Below are positions 12,601 to 25,500 of a stretch of 64,000 nt of DNA, piece after piece. Each line of letters starts with the position of its first letter. Position 1 is the first letter of the stretch. The notes beneath the pieces are model-generated. The model was not told the origin of the DNA and made no database searches. It saw nothing but the letters and a program-made list of their open reading frames with translations. The stretch lies in the NCBI GenBank assembly GCA_965285935.1, contig OZ260664.1, positions 96,100,001 through 96,164,000 on the forward strand, read 5' to 3'. The translations under genes were made by a program, and so were the position numbers. This DNA is from Ophelia neglecta (taxonomy: Eukaryota).

Positions 12601-14207
12601 GTAGGCAGTTGTATTGTTTGAGTATCATTATAACTGTCTGGATCCCAATTTAGTAGTTCATCAGTCCATGCCTAGTGTAAATGGCAAAAAAAAACTTGTT
12701 TCTTATTGTTCACATATTTAACAATGATCTCGATATAGGAATACGTCCTGAACGAAATTTTACTTACCAGTTTGAAGAAAAACCTTCCTTTGAATATCCA
12801 GCTTCTCATGTCCTAAAGGAGACGATTTAAAGAATGGGTTATTCATAGTGCAATTCCATCCTGACGCGTGACACTCTTAATCAGAAGGTCAACCATTTCA
12901 TTAAAATTCAGATCGAGTTGGGCAGGGGGCTGTAGTGCGCTATTGCAAAATCAGTAAAAGCACCATATATACAATTCGATATCATCCAATAAAATATCTG
13001 CTTCTCTCTGTATAATTGGGAGTGCAATCTTAAATTTGTTTATAGTTAGTATATTGAATTGTTATAAAGTTTAGAGTAGAAAATTCATTTGCGATATAAT
13101 ATAAAATGCAATATAATAGGCTGTTTTAAGAAAACACAGTTAGTGACAAAGATTATTTATACCACTCTAAGTATCTTGTCAATGCCCAACAATATGGTGA
13201 CATTGGTTGGCTTTTCCTTTGTCAAATATGGGCGGTTGTCAGGGCGATAATTTTGTAGTAAATCCTTTTTCAGTCTCGTTTCCACATGGACATGTGTACC
13301 TAAACGTGACATGTGTGTGCTAAGTAAAAGAAACATCAATATGGTATGAGCTTAATGTATGTGTTTATTGTGGCTACAAACTCAATCTGCTGACGTGTTC
13401 AGGAGACTCTAATGAGGTTCATTTCAGTTAAGTCTCAATCTGTTGCCAAGGGCTTTGTGTTAACGGCGAAAGCGAAAGCTTCGGCGAAAGCCGCATGGCC
13501 TCTTAAATTGAGCTAACATGAACACAATACTAACCCTACCCTTACCCATTTATAACAAAAACAAAATAGAGATTTCTGGGTTAGGTTTGGGTTATAAATT
13601 AACTGATGTTAAAGATTATTGTGTCACCAATGCTGCTTTCGCCGAAGCTTTCGCCGTTAACACAAAGCCATGCCAAGTAACAGCTGGTTGGTTATTTGAG
13701 GCTTTACACACATCAACACTTATGTGGTGATATCGCCAAGTTGCCGACTCGTCACTATGAGCTCAACGCCTCTTTATAGTGTTGCCTCACTGGATTAACT
13801 GCCATAGATACCACACTCAGGGAACCCCATCAAGTAACGGACTAAGGTTGATTAAAACACATGGTACATACATGTAGTAGTTTCGAATTTTGGCCAATAA
13901 ACAGGTATTTTATACACATAGTCTCGTTTCGTTAATTCACAAATATGCTGTATACATAGATTTGAAGTTTGTTGAATAAACATATATGTTAAATGCGCAG
14001 TTGTAAAAAGAATCATATCAATTGCGCCTGTATTATGGGTTATTTAATGAAGCACAAATGTTTTAGAATGTACAAGTAGCTATAGTAATCAAGAGAACAC
14101 TCTGGTAAATCACCAACGGTTACTATACCTTGGGCATCATAGAGCATCATAGAACAGCCTAGTGCAAACCACCACCACCGAGGTAAACCTGTTATAATTG
14201 ACATCAT
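9622..14207 (-). CDS. Cys-loop ligand-gated cation channel subunit A (nicotinic/5-HT3-like, non-alpha type), 6 exons, ~402 aa
   Basis: Exons (minus): 14207-14129 (signal peptide MMSIITGLPRWWWFALGCSMMLYDAQ), 13299-13163 (ETRLKKDLLQNYRPDNRP), 12812-12768 (45 nt), 12671-12562 (110 nt, WTPNFIIEN), 11419-10878 (Cys-loop CQLDMRRFPNDDQIC, M1, M2 [21 protein letters not shown]), 9917-9622 (M3, MX, M4, TAG). All introns are GT-AG and phase-consistent; total 1209 nt. The 45-nt and 110-nt exons are typical of nAChR genes. Confidence 0.93.
11562..12538 (-). mobile_element. 5'-truncated non-LTR retrotransposon (LINE ORF2 C-terminus, RTEX/L2-group-like) in intron 4 of channel gene A
   Basis: Open ~300-codon frame with LFDTMILPILNYGCEVWG, YGECGRYPL, LPIETGRY and the zinc-knuckle-like CTLC..EFHALLEC. 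Short 3' UTR ends AATAAA-TCTA. Candidate 6-bp TSD TCTAAA at 12539-12544 and 11556-11561. Confidence 0.9.
13451..13669. mobile_element. Foldback MITE (219 bp) with long TIRs and near-perfect 8-bp TSD, in intron 1 of channel gene A
   Basis: GGCTTTGTGTTAACGGCGAAAGC...TTCGGCGAAAGC pairs with GCTTTCGCCGAAGCTTTCGCCGTTAACACAAAGCC. Internal taaccct/gggtta motifs. Flanks are TTGCCAAG and ATGCCAAG. Confidence 0.85.
13745..13850. mobile_element. Possible SINE remnant (Meta-domain-like core)
   Basis: tttatagtgttgcctcactggattaactgccatagatacc...ccccatc resembles, from memory, the conserved core of invertebrate Meta-SINEs. No tRNA-derived head is visible. Confidence 0.3.
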
Positions 14208-15315
14208 TGTTCTCCTCTTGTAGTTACTAGGTGAGTAGTGTGTACAAAGTTCAGAATGATCCGACTGATATTTTGCTCTGTAGTGATCGACATGGAAAAT
14301 CACAACTCCACGTCTTAATAAAGCGAGTTGCAAGTCTCTTCTTTCAACAATAAAGAGAAAACACCAGAATATATTTCTAACTGCCAACGTGACTTATACA
14401 ATTGGCAACATATCCTTGCTTTGAGTACAAGACGAAGTCTATTGCAAAAGCACTTTGGTTCCAAAATAAACTATATTCTTTTTCGCTTTCACCGTTTACA
14501 CAAGGCCCGTGTTTATATGTTGTTACTTTGGTGACACATGCACAGGCAGCCATAAAATGCATTAAGAGATATATTAGCTTTCCATGTTTTAGGAGAGTGG
14601 CCGTTAAGCAAACACATGCAAACAAAAGAAGCATTTACGTTAAAATGGTGAAATATTTACAAAAAAGTTATTCATACTGGCCTCATCGCAGCCAACGCTA
14701 AAAATTAGGATTATTTGAAGACGCGCTTTATATTTGTTTAAGTTATTGACAGTAAATGATGGATATAAAGCTCAAGCTATGGTCAGCTACCTACTAAAAT
14801 GATGTATTGATATTTCTTTGCTAGATGAATCAAGATAAAGAAATAACTGTGTCTATCTGCAAATATTACTCTGTGTGTCAAATGCACACCTAGCTCATAG
14901 ACGGCTACCGCTCGTAGACCAATCTCTATATAGATCTTAATTACTGCCTCCTTTTTGATCCATTTACAGGTCAACGAGTGAAATGTCCTCAAAACCTTGC
15001 CTGGCTTACTTTAAAAAGTCATTTTTTAATACGCCGCTGTCGAGGAAACGGCATTCTTTTGCATATTTCAGTAAACACTTGTTAATAGAGCTCACCTGCA
15101 GTGTAGTATTATGTGAGACTAGTCCATTGTTGGCTCATCTATGGCATATTTCATCGTTTTCCAATTTTACCATCTGACTCTGGATTTGACTACCTCCAGG
15201 GAAGAGGGAAACGTTCGGCTACTTTCCAAAGTTATGCTCGATATATCCATTTCATGTATTTATTAGACACACTTTCGTATACATATTTAGAACTTAGTCA
15301 ATGTTTCAACATCTT

Positions 15316-15560
15316 GGCCCGGTTTCTAAAATCAGTCTTAAGTTACGGGATTTGATGAGATTATTACCCATTAGCTGAGACAGACATTACTCGAGGTTAC
15401 TGGAACATACTATTAACTAAGATTAAGTTTAAGACCAATTTAACCATGTTAAAGACCAAATTATGGTTCCAGAAACCCCCCTTACCCAGTTAAGACCGAT
15501 TAAGCACTTTAATCCCGACATAATTCCGATAAAAATGTAAAGCTGCTCCCAGAAATTAGA
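15316..15560 (+). mobile_element. Harbinger-type MITE copy, degenerate
   Basis: GGCCCGGTTTCT...GTCTTAAG...TTTAAGACCAA...CCAGAAACCCC...TAAGACCGATTAAGCA.TTTAATCC is colinear with 58387-58623. Confidence 0.75.
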
Positions 15561-16470
15561 TCTCTATAATAACAGAGCAATTGAAAGGATTATTCAAAGA
15601 TATTTTTTTACATTTTCTGCCAAGCATCCACTGCCGTTTGTTTCTATTAAATATTTTATTCATGTACCTAGTTCATTGTGCATGTCACACATATTACCGT
15701 TAGTCCATACGTTAAGAAGGAGCAAGAGCGTCATATCATTCCAAATAAGTATTCGCTGTCAAGTTCAACCATAATTATGAAGAAAGCAATTGGAACTATT
15801 ACCAATCACCGCATTTACATTATAAAGATAAAACTATCAATGTACACTGTCACTCAAATTAAACGGATATTTTCTTCACTGAGACCTCTCTATATTTTAC
15901 CATCTGTTCTGATATGGTATGATGTAACATTGCCTATTTGTGTGAGCAACACACAGACCTTATAGAACACTTGTTATGTGTTCTTTAAAAAAGATCTCCT
16001 TTATTTTTATTCGTTGGAAAGTATATGGTCAGGTACAAAAGGATGGGCAGAGGAATATGCAGGAATATATGGATTGTGGTCAATGGCAAAATATTTTAAC
16101 AAGGTTACCCCACCACAGGTCATACGTAGCGTTGATTAGTGTCTAATTTGATATCCAATTGAAATTTGTATTGGAAACAAATCCCAGACCCCAGACAACT
16201 ATAATATGGTAGAACATATATTGAAACTTCTGAGTAATAGCCTAGATCGGGGTTCAGAGTTAAAAAGTTAATCCACTCAGCAAGGGTTTTGCTGAGCTGT
16301 TACCAGACAATGAAGTTGATAGATCAGGCAGTACCGTATGGTAATTATCCCATCACCCTGTCACACGTCCTCAGAAGCATTGAGAAGCTTAGGATTGGGC
16401 ATGACTGTGCCGCTAAACACTATAGATCTTAACCAAATGGTCCAATAGTCCAAGACATGATCTGAACAAA

Positions 16471-17440
16471 GCCGCAGTCACACCGTACCGACGACCAGAT
16501 TACAACCTAGTTGCGACCAAAACATGTTGTGATCGTAAGCAAGTCGTACATGGAGCGTGACACTGGATGGAGAGGTCGTGGGTGATCGCAAGTGCCAAAT
16601 CAGTCGCGGCAAGGCTGATGGTCATGTTCAAAATTTCTGACCAACGATTCCAATTCGCTAACAGGTCTTAATGGTCGTACCACTAGTCGCATATGGTCCC
16701 TCAACTAGTCGTGCATGATCGCACGGTTGGTCTTGCAAATGGAGATACCATCTGCCGATGGGTGGTGCCACGACCTCACGATCTTCAGTGCAACAAGTGA
16801 CGACCTGTTACAACTGGTGGTATAAGCTAAATATTGCTGATACCAACGGTTTATAGCTCTACGAGATCCGTATATATAGCGGGCTTCGAAGTTATCTCAC
16901 TCTGCACTACGACGCCCAAATGGAGAATTACTTTTATGGCATATGCACAAATATCTTATGTTGGTCAGCCTGTAGATGGATCAATAACAACACCTGGGTG
17001 CTGTGGCGGCAGCCATAATGCTACAGAAGAGTTAATAGCGCAACAGGAAAAGAAACGCCAGTACAGGGTACGTCCATGGATTCAGAGACGATCCTTCAAC
17101 CGCAAGTTGGCCAACTTGGAAGATTCTGACAGGAGTCACAAGTCGCCACGATAAATCGTACGATTGGTCTCAGGGTGACACAATTGATCATACGATTTGT
17201 CGCCGGTTGGAACAATTTATCGCCCGATGGTCTTCGACCGTCACCACTTGTCGCTCGATCACCCACGAACAATCTTTCTATCGGTCGTCTCGAATCGCTG
17301 GTGATCGCATGACCACAAGTGCAACCAAACGCAGTATGCCATTCGACAAGTCTTAAGAGCAATCGCAGTATGCTACTGCAATTAGAGATCGTTGCAAACA
17401 TTGACGATTGGTCATACTCGACCAGATTCCTACCATTCAC
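16471..17440 (+). mobile_element. Deleted PIF/Harbinger-like DNA transposon
   Basis: Terminus GCCGCAGTCACACC; dense cgacc/ggtcg/gatcgc subterminal repeats on both sides; central fragment KKRQYRVRPWIQRR resembles the N-terminus of Harbinger-type transposases. Right terminus not found. Confidence 0.55.
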
Positions 17441-17454
17441 ACGTTTCAGAGCTC

Positions 17455-17567
17455 ATACGATATGGCATGACCTGCTTATCAGCTTAGTAGATGCCATGGT
17501 AAAGTTCAGACAAGAACAAATCGGACTTACGTCTGACATAGAGGGCATGTTTAATCAGGTACAGTGA
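17455..17567 (+). mobile_element. BEL/Pao LTR-retrotransposon reverse transcriptase fragment
   Basis: DLLISLVDAMVKFRQEQIGLTSDIEGMFNQV matches the BEL/Pao RT motif GPDLxNSLxGVLxRFR...DIExMFxQV. Confidence 0.75.
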
Positions 17568-18267
17568 TCGGGTGACTCTAATTAAATATACACATTGAAA
17601 TCAAGTTTAGGAAAATATTAACTAAACATTTCCCAGGCCGGCTAGCACCTAACTTTGTGGACGGCAAACGGAGAAGCCCTACTATTAGTGCCTTACGGTA
17701 CGGAGACTCAGCTCCGTTTTCTTGTGCGTGCCATGTATAGAAACAACATCCTGATCAACTGAGGCTCATGCCGATACTACTTTTATGTAAGTCTTGCTAA
17801 ACAGCATTGTTATTTTTCAATTTCAGTTGCATAAAAAAAACGGGAAATCATAATAAACCAGCAGCCACTGCCCTACACGCATCAATGCATCAATCTTCAG
17901 TTCCCAAGTAGTAAATAATATTGCAATGCAATTACAAAATGATATTTGTATGCTAATTTACTGTTTATTTCATAGTTAATAAGTCAACAATGGCAACTGG
18001 TTATAAGTATTAGTTAAACAGATATTTACGTGAAATGTATTTTGACAACCTTTTCCATCAGTCCCAATGGAACCTTTAATCAGTATGGTTTTGTCATGAA
18101 CTGTGCACTACTTTAAGGCGTTCAATAGTAATATTTCAATGGTTTGGACTAAAGCCTGCCTGTGTTTACTAAGGTTCCTTTTCTTCACAGTAGGCAACGA
18201 AGAATTGTTTACAAGGTCGATAGCTATTGATAAAAAATATCAATGGGTGGCAGGGTTTTTCTACAAA

Positions 18268-18442
18268 GTGAGGTATCGGGTCTGGCTTTAGAGTAGGTCT
18301 TAGGTATCGGGGTTAGGTATGGGAGCAGGCCTAGATGCCAACTGAGATATCGGGTCTGGTGTGGGAGAAGGCCTATATGGCTATTGAGGCATCGGGGTGA
18401 GTCGTGGGAGCAGGCCTAGACACCCATTGACGTATCAGGGTC
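18268..18442. repeat. ~40-bp degenerate minisatellite between the two channel genes
   Basis: Units of the form tgag(g/a)tatcgggt..gg..tgggagcaggcctaga repeat about 4 times. Confidence 0.7.
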
Positions 18443-19196
18443 AATGCCCCCCCCCCAACCTCCATTTATGGAACAGCCCTTGCTGCGTCTCCAAAATCTG
18501 TGATGGAGATTCCTCGCTCTAGATCGTTTTGGGATGCCACATATATGTCTGGTAGTTTATTCAGTATGAATTATGTTAGTAGCTAACAGGTTAGTAGGTG
18601 GTAAAAACATTATTGACAATAATATTGCAGAATCATGATGAAAATTGCTTGGGCACATTATTGAAAAATATAGTCGTACACTGTGCTATTGTAAGTGTCT
18701 GCAGGGGGGGGGGGGCGTATTGCCCTTGCATCCTCATTAGGATGATGTGCAAATAAACATGCAGGTAAATAACAAACCTAAATATACATGTGGATTATTG
18801 TTCAATACGTTTGCTTGTTTGCGTTTCTACCCGCAAATTGAGCTATTATTGTAAGCTTATCTTTGTACCAATAGAAACTTCATGATGACAATAAAAGGGA
18901 TTCGCAAATATACAGAAGAAAGTAAAATGTGTACGATGACCAAATTCCTTTCTTTGTAAAGTTCATAACGGTGGGCATTGGTTCGCACACAAGTAGTTAG
19001 CAGTGTGTATACCCAGCTGTCTTACCTGTCTAAATATATATCGATTTATTGTTCGACAACTATTAGTTTTCCTTGATACTTCTTCATTTTTCAAAGCTGA
19101 TGACAGGCACTTGGTTTGTAAACTGTTCTTGGAGCACAAGAAAGAGGTTTCCTAAACCTGGTTCGATATTGATGTACAGTACCACAAACCTGCGAG

Positions 19197-22100
19197 ATGG
19201 TGGCTGTAAAAACGACATTAATAGTCATATGGTGGTTAGCAGCATCACTTTCTAGCAATACAATGGTTGTAGGTAAGTGAGACTATAAACTATTAGCTAT
19301 ATAAATTGAGAACTGAGACCCTAAATAGTCCTTATCATAAGAGCACACAATAAAGTTTTGACCAAAACACACGGGGTGGTAAATGATTTTGGAGTCCCCT
19401 GACTGGAACGTCTTCCTAGACTACATTCACAAAGCCTTACCTCGACCCGAGAAACACCAATATTGAAAGTTTTCCAGGCTAGAAACCCTAGTATATATTA
19501 TATCCGGTTTGGAAATCCTGGTTAATTACGTCACATTGTCGTAAAACAATGGTTTTCAGGTCCTCGGGGTCTTGTAATCCTGGGTTTTTAGTTCAGTGGA
19601 TGTTTTAGCCATTGGACCCAGTAATCTAACACATCGGTATTTGGGTTAGGCACATTTGATAAATGGATTCCATTAGTTTAGTGTGTAACGACCTATATTT
19701 TATTTGTTTCTTATATCCTTCTATCCAGAAATATGCCCATCTTAGAAGCCAGAAGTCTAGTTTGTTTTTGTCCTATCATGAAAATCTGATATCCAATATT
19801 CGCATTGCAAGTCTTATCTTATTTCAATTGATTTTTTCATATAATTCGATTTCACCTACAGACTAAGATTCAGCCATTGAACAATTAACCAATATGCAGG
19901 CGATTCATAGACTGATCATAGATGCGTTTTTATTGATATATGCATGTATATAGTGTGTTTGTGAAGTGGATGAAACCTAACAATTTGATAGATATCTTCT
20001 TGCTCAACGACTGTGTTAACCTATTTGAATGGTATATATTCACGGTTTTTTATTGATTCAGGGACTCGAATGCAGCCAGAAACGAGACTGAAGCGTGCCT
20101 TATTAAAAGATTATCTGCCCGACAACCGACCTTATCTGTCATACGAAGAAGCAACGAATGTCACCATCGCAGTGACTAGTGTCCAAATCATTGAAGTGGT
20201 AAAACGAATTTTTACTCTTTCATCATATATCGTCATGGGGAACACCCCAATAAAATACAATCGGGTAACTAAAGGTCGGAGTTGGGTTGAAATATATCCT
20301 GCTTTATACGGAACGATGAAATGTCCAACAGACTGACTGATCGTTTGCCGGACCGATCGGCGGACTGTCCGTCCGGACGTCAAAATCTTGGACGGCAGAC
20401 CTGTCCGACTTACTGACTGCGTCTCCGTCGGGCTGTCTGTCCAACTGTCCGACGTATTATTTGATTACCCTCCCCACGACCTGTCCGACAAAAGGATGTG
20501 ACTTACAGGTAAACTGTCCGAAGTGACTGACAGACAGAGGACGACATATTTTGATACACACTCACAAGGCAACACTCTATGAATCAATTTTTTTTCAGGA
20601 TATGCGAAGAAGGATATTTATGGGAAGGTTTTCTATGCATCTGGTAAGTAACTCTACATTTTTCTCTTGCTCCCATTTACTTGCCCTGAAGTATTATACT
20701 TGTGCTTTAGAGACGTAAATTTTACAGGAAACCTTTTAATATTTCATTCGTTTTCATCCAGTCATGGATTGACCAGCTTCTCACTTGGAACCCAGCGACC
20801 TACAATGGAACCGGAGCAATACATCTTCCCCCATCTGACATTTGGACACCACATGTCATCATTGAGAATGAGTATATATGTCCTAATTACTCTTTAGAAT
20901 CCCTCTCGCTGGTATTATCAGCTTGCCCCTTATTTTTTGTTCCTTCGGTGACCAGTTAATATTTTTATATTCAGCTTATAATTATTATAAGTTAATGTGA
21001 AGTTTTCCTCCTTATCAGTTATCAGGAACATATACCTTTTGCTTTCCTGATTTTAAGATGGACTTTTCTTACTAAACTTTTCAATTTCTTCCCTGATAAT
21101 TCATTCACATAATCAACTTATGATATACAGCAAAATTTGCCCATTTAGAGGAGGCTGGGGAACTAATAGCATTGCTGTTTCTGAAAATAAATGTCTTTTG
21201 AAAATCCGATGTCGTATTGTACCATTTGTGGGTATCTGATGTTCCCTTACATTCTGTTGGATAAAAACTTTTTTTGTTTTTAAGTACATTGTCTGCTGCT
21301 ATTTGGGCGATATGTTTCTTAAATACTCCTGGTATCCACTCCAGTATTTTTTCGAGCAAGTCACATGACACTGACTAGATACAATTGGCAATTTTTGCAT
21401 CTTGTCATAAATCGGTTTCAATCACACTGGCTTAAAAATCACTTATTCGGTAGCAGTAATTTGGCCTGTAGATATTTTAATCTCCTCTACTCTTTCTTTT
21501 TATTTGCAGGCTATCGGAAAAACCGTTTATCCAAAAAATGAATTTATACATGGTAAAAATGGACCATTGTGGGCATGCTAAATGGGAAGCTCCGGTAGTG
21601 GCTTCGTTGTTATGCCATTTGGACATGAAACACTTTCCAAGTGACAATCAAGTTTGTTCAGTAAATGTGACGTCTTGGATGTATCACCTGGGTGAGATGG
21701 GCCTAAACCCCGGCCCTTCCCCTCTTGATAAATCACACATGTCAAGAAACAACGGGCAATGGGAAATAACAGGCTCAGAGGTGAAGACGCACATTCAAAC
21801 CGGATCTGATGGGCGAAAATGGGCATGGCTTGAGTTCAAAATTAGAATGAAAAGAAAGGCACTATACTACTACCTTAATATAATCGGACCAACCGTGGTC
21901 TTGGCAATATTAGGGGTAGCTGCGTTCTGCTTGCCACCTGATAGCGGGGAGAAGATATCTCTGTCCATTACCATACTACTGTCTACAACCGTGTTCCAGC
22001 TGTTGGTCAATGATATACTTCCTATTCAGTCGGATGTAATACCAACTATATGTAAGACACAATTCTTCGTTCCAAAGCCAATATTATTTATTAGGAAATA

Positions 22101-22594
22101 TAAATTCACTGAACTATATTCTAAATTGGAGATCACTAAAAAACATAGCGAAAGGCACAACTCGGTGAAAACGTTTTACAGTTGAGATGTTCACATGTAT
22201 GATGCATGTACCTTGCCCCTAGTAGCATACCCCTTCCATTGTAATTAATGTGGAATTTTTTTATGAATTAAATAAGAGACTCATTTTCTTCTCTTTAGCG
22301 TTGTTTTTTGCCTGCCTCTGTACACTGATTGCCCTGTCAACCATTAGTACTGTTCTGGTAATAAGCGTACACAACAGAGGACACGAGGGACAAGAGATGT
22401 CGAGAAGTCTGCAAGGACTAGTCAGATACCTCGCGGTAGTTCGCTGCATTCGTCCAACCGGAAATAAAATTACGGACATTGAGGAATCGCCAGATTATAA
22501 AGAACTCTGGTTTAAACTGGGTAAGATATTGGACAGGGTATTTCTTATAGTTTTTCTCTCACTTCTATGCTTGTGCCTCTTCATTATTCTGTAA
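19197..22594 (+). CDS. Cys-loop ligand-gated cation channel subunit B (paralog of gene A, non-alpha type), 6 exons, ~401 aa
   Basis: Exons: 19197-19272 (signal peptide MVAVKTTLIVIWWLAASLSSNTMVV), 20062-20198, 20599-20643, 20762-20871, 21510-22051 (Cys-loop CHLDMKHFPSDNQVC; M2 [21 protein letters not shown]), 22299-22594. Introns are GT-AG. Exon 2-6 lengths (137/45/110/542/296) are identical to gene A; total 1206 nt. Confidence 0.93.
20320..20545. repeat. (GACT/GTCC)-rich tetranucleotide-derived repeat, likely part of an interspersed element in intron 2 of gene B
   Basis: Recurrent ctgtccgac, gactgact and gtccgtcc motifs. Confidence 0.5.
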
Positions 22595-25500
22595 GGGATT
22601 TGATATAGCCTTCAGTAAGGTATTTCTATATAGAAGCCACCCAAGAGTTTATCGTTCTTGCTAGCAAATATTCTGGAAAATGAAGTTGAGTAAATAATAT
22701 TGTTGGTTTAACACCAGTTTGATGTACGTCCGACGTATGGCAGCAGTAAACTGTCGCAGACGTATATGCGACATTTAAGTATCACAAATTAATGCAATTG
22801 ATTATAACAATTTAGTAATATTAAGGGACATATGTGCGATTGTGCTGATATCTTCAGTCTAATTGCTTTCCTATGTGAAGAGGTTGGGTTGTCCAATCAT
22901 GATTAAACTCATTACAAGGAATGTGATAAATTTTGCTTTTGAGAAGAACATGTGTACGTACTGAATAAATTGTGTATGCAAAAGATGCTTTCCTGTCATT
23001 TGCTGTTGATACCTGAAGGAATCGAAATGGGACAGGTAGTAAACCTATGGTTATACAAAATTCAGTGGATCTGGGTGGTACTGAAGTTGGTGATAGTGTT
23101 TCTATATAGCAAACATTGGAGGTTGTTTTTTGGTATATGTCAGAGTAGTATGTCATTAATATGGCACATAGGTACACTTTTCAACGCATTCTTTTTAACA
23201 AAGTCTCTGGAACGTGCAATTGAGTTATAATAAGCAAGGGCTCCCTGCAGTAAATTTGATATAATGTTATGCTTTTAAGGTTATACGCCAGTCTTCATAT
23301 CTATGAAAATTATATTAAGATAAACGATTGTAACTGTGGACCACTGCCTTTGAACATTAACCGTATTGCCGGAAACACTCATGTTAATTCGTTTCTTGAT
23401 CACTGGGTACAAAACAAACAAACACTTCAATTAACGCGCATACGCCTGCCTCACACGGTACCTTATATTCCAGAATCATTGTGTAATAAACTGGGATAAA
23501 TTCATCTCCAAGGAAGTGATTGCCTGTTTATTTCCTTTTTGCCGTATTGTGGGGCTGAATAACACCTGTTTATTTTGTTTGGCTCAGTACACGGATCTTA
23601 ATAAATATTGATGGGAGAGTGGGATTGAGACATTAAAGGGATACCGGGATAAGACATTGAGGGGTTCTGGCTTTAGATTTGAAGCAATAAAATATTCGTA
23701 ATTGCCAACCGAAAGCTTAAACAACGTTACAAGATTAACCAAAGTGAGTTTCTTAAAATGACATTTATTTGTTTTGCAACATTGAAGTTGATAATAAAAT
23801 TGCCAAATCAATTAAGCATTGATTATAAGTCAACAATGCGTGTGAAGTCGTATATTTTGGTCAGTACGAAGGTTTTCAGAGAACAGAGGTCGTTGTGTAC
23901 CGCCCCCCCCCCCCCTTCCCCGTCCGTCGGGGTGGAGGGGATAAGAATTGCCCTGAAAATGGGTGCAAGTGTCAATTCTACCCCCTGTGTATTAGGGCGA
24001 ACTTTTCACAGTCAGAGTCTTGCTCTGTCCAGATGATTACTAGACATATCCTTTGTCCATATTCACACATGTTTTCAGTTTATTGTACTGGCCCGTCGAC
24101 ATTAGGTGTCAATTAATTAGACATCACCAAATCCAGGCAGTGCTGCGTCGAGTAGATGAATGTTTGGGTTTAAGTACCACTGCTGCATGCCACTGCCACT
24201 TGTTATTTATTGTGAGAGCACAGCACCAAATAATCAAGTGTCAGTCAGAAATGTGTGAACTAGACTGGGAATAGGCCTTCCGTCAATCGCAATTTAAACA
24301 GGAAATAAAGTCTTTTTTCATTTTGGACTTCCGAAGGTCTAGGTTAGAATACAATGATAATTATGTGTTAAATGTGACAAGGAATGTTTTGAAAAACTCA
24401 AGCTATCACACTCATTTCAAAAGTTGTTAATTAAAGTATCTTACTGTCGATTTGATATACCATATTCTATATTTCTCCTCCATCACGGTGCCCTATCATT
24501 GTAAATATAACCTGCACAGCCGCTGTCAACGTCATTCGCCTTATTAGGCCAGGCTAGGTCCCAGCAGCTTTACTTACATCGTCTATGCATTAACAAAATG
24601 TTAATAAGCTATAATTTTATCATCCAATCGGATTGGAATAAGATGAAGCGAATATTTTTTTCTTTTTACCGTTTTCAAAAAAAGCAACAATGAAGACATT
24701 TTCCTTGTCTATTAAATGCCCTTGAATAATAAGCGCAACTTCGATTAAACAGACACAGCGGTTCGCTAATATTGGTTTGTAACAATATATATCATCATAT
24801 TTATAGGTACCTTATTATAAGTGTTTTGAACCCAGTCTTTTTTTCCTAAAATTGAAGGTATATGTATTGGGCCATGTCCGCCATCGCAGTTTTGTATTGG
24901 CCCTGGCTCGGCAGCCGCTATTACCACAGTTACGATGTTCCAAATGTATACTACATAGGTCTTGGAAACTAGTTTAAAATTAGTGGCGCAACCGTACTGC
25001 ACATACTACTTCTAAACAACAATATGCTGGCAAAAGCTCTCTAAGGTGGACCGTCGATAGGTCTCATGATTTGCGATTGCCATAATGCACCGTTTTAAAG
25101 TCATAAAAATGAAAACTATTCGAAAGTCAAAAAACTTGTGCTGAAAGTTAATGCAAGTAGTGTGAAGAGTAAGTAATAAATGACGTTAAGTGACGTCTCA
25201 ACAAACTGTCAAACCCTACGACCAGTCATTGATACACCTAAGTCACGTACTTAATGAATTACATATGAACGCATCTTTGTCTATTACTTTATTCAACATT
25301 CTAAATCATACAGTAAAGGTATAAACTGATTCATGAGAGTTCACAATTATTTGAAATATCAGGCATAATAGTACTAATAAGGTTTGCCACGTTGAATGCC
25401 ATTAAGAAGCCTAAATACGGCATCACTTTCAGCTAGAGAATTGAATTGTATAATGTGTATTCTCATATGAAAGCATGGTTGCGTTGTTATTCACCTTGTC

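Noticed and set aside
19095-19125. CTGATGA followed by a weak stem as a hammerhead ribozyme
   Set aside because: No GAAA core (TAAAC instead) and no closing stems.
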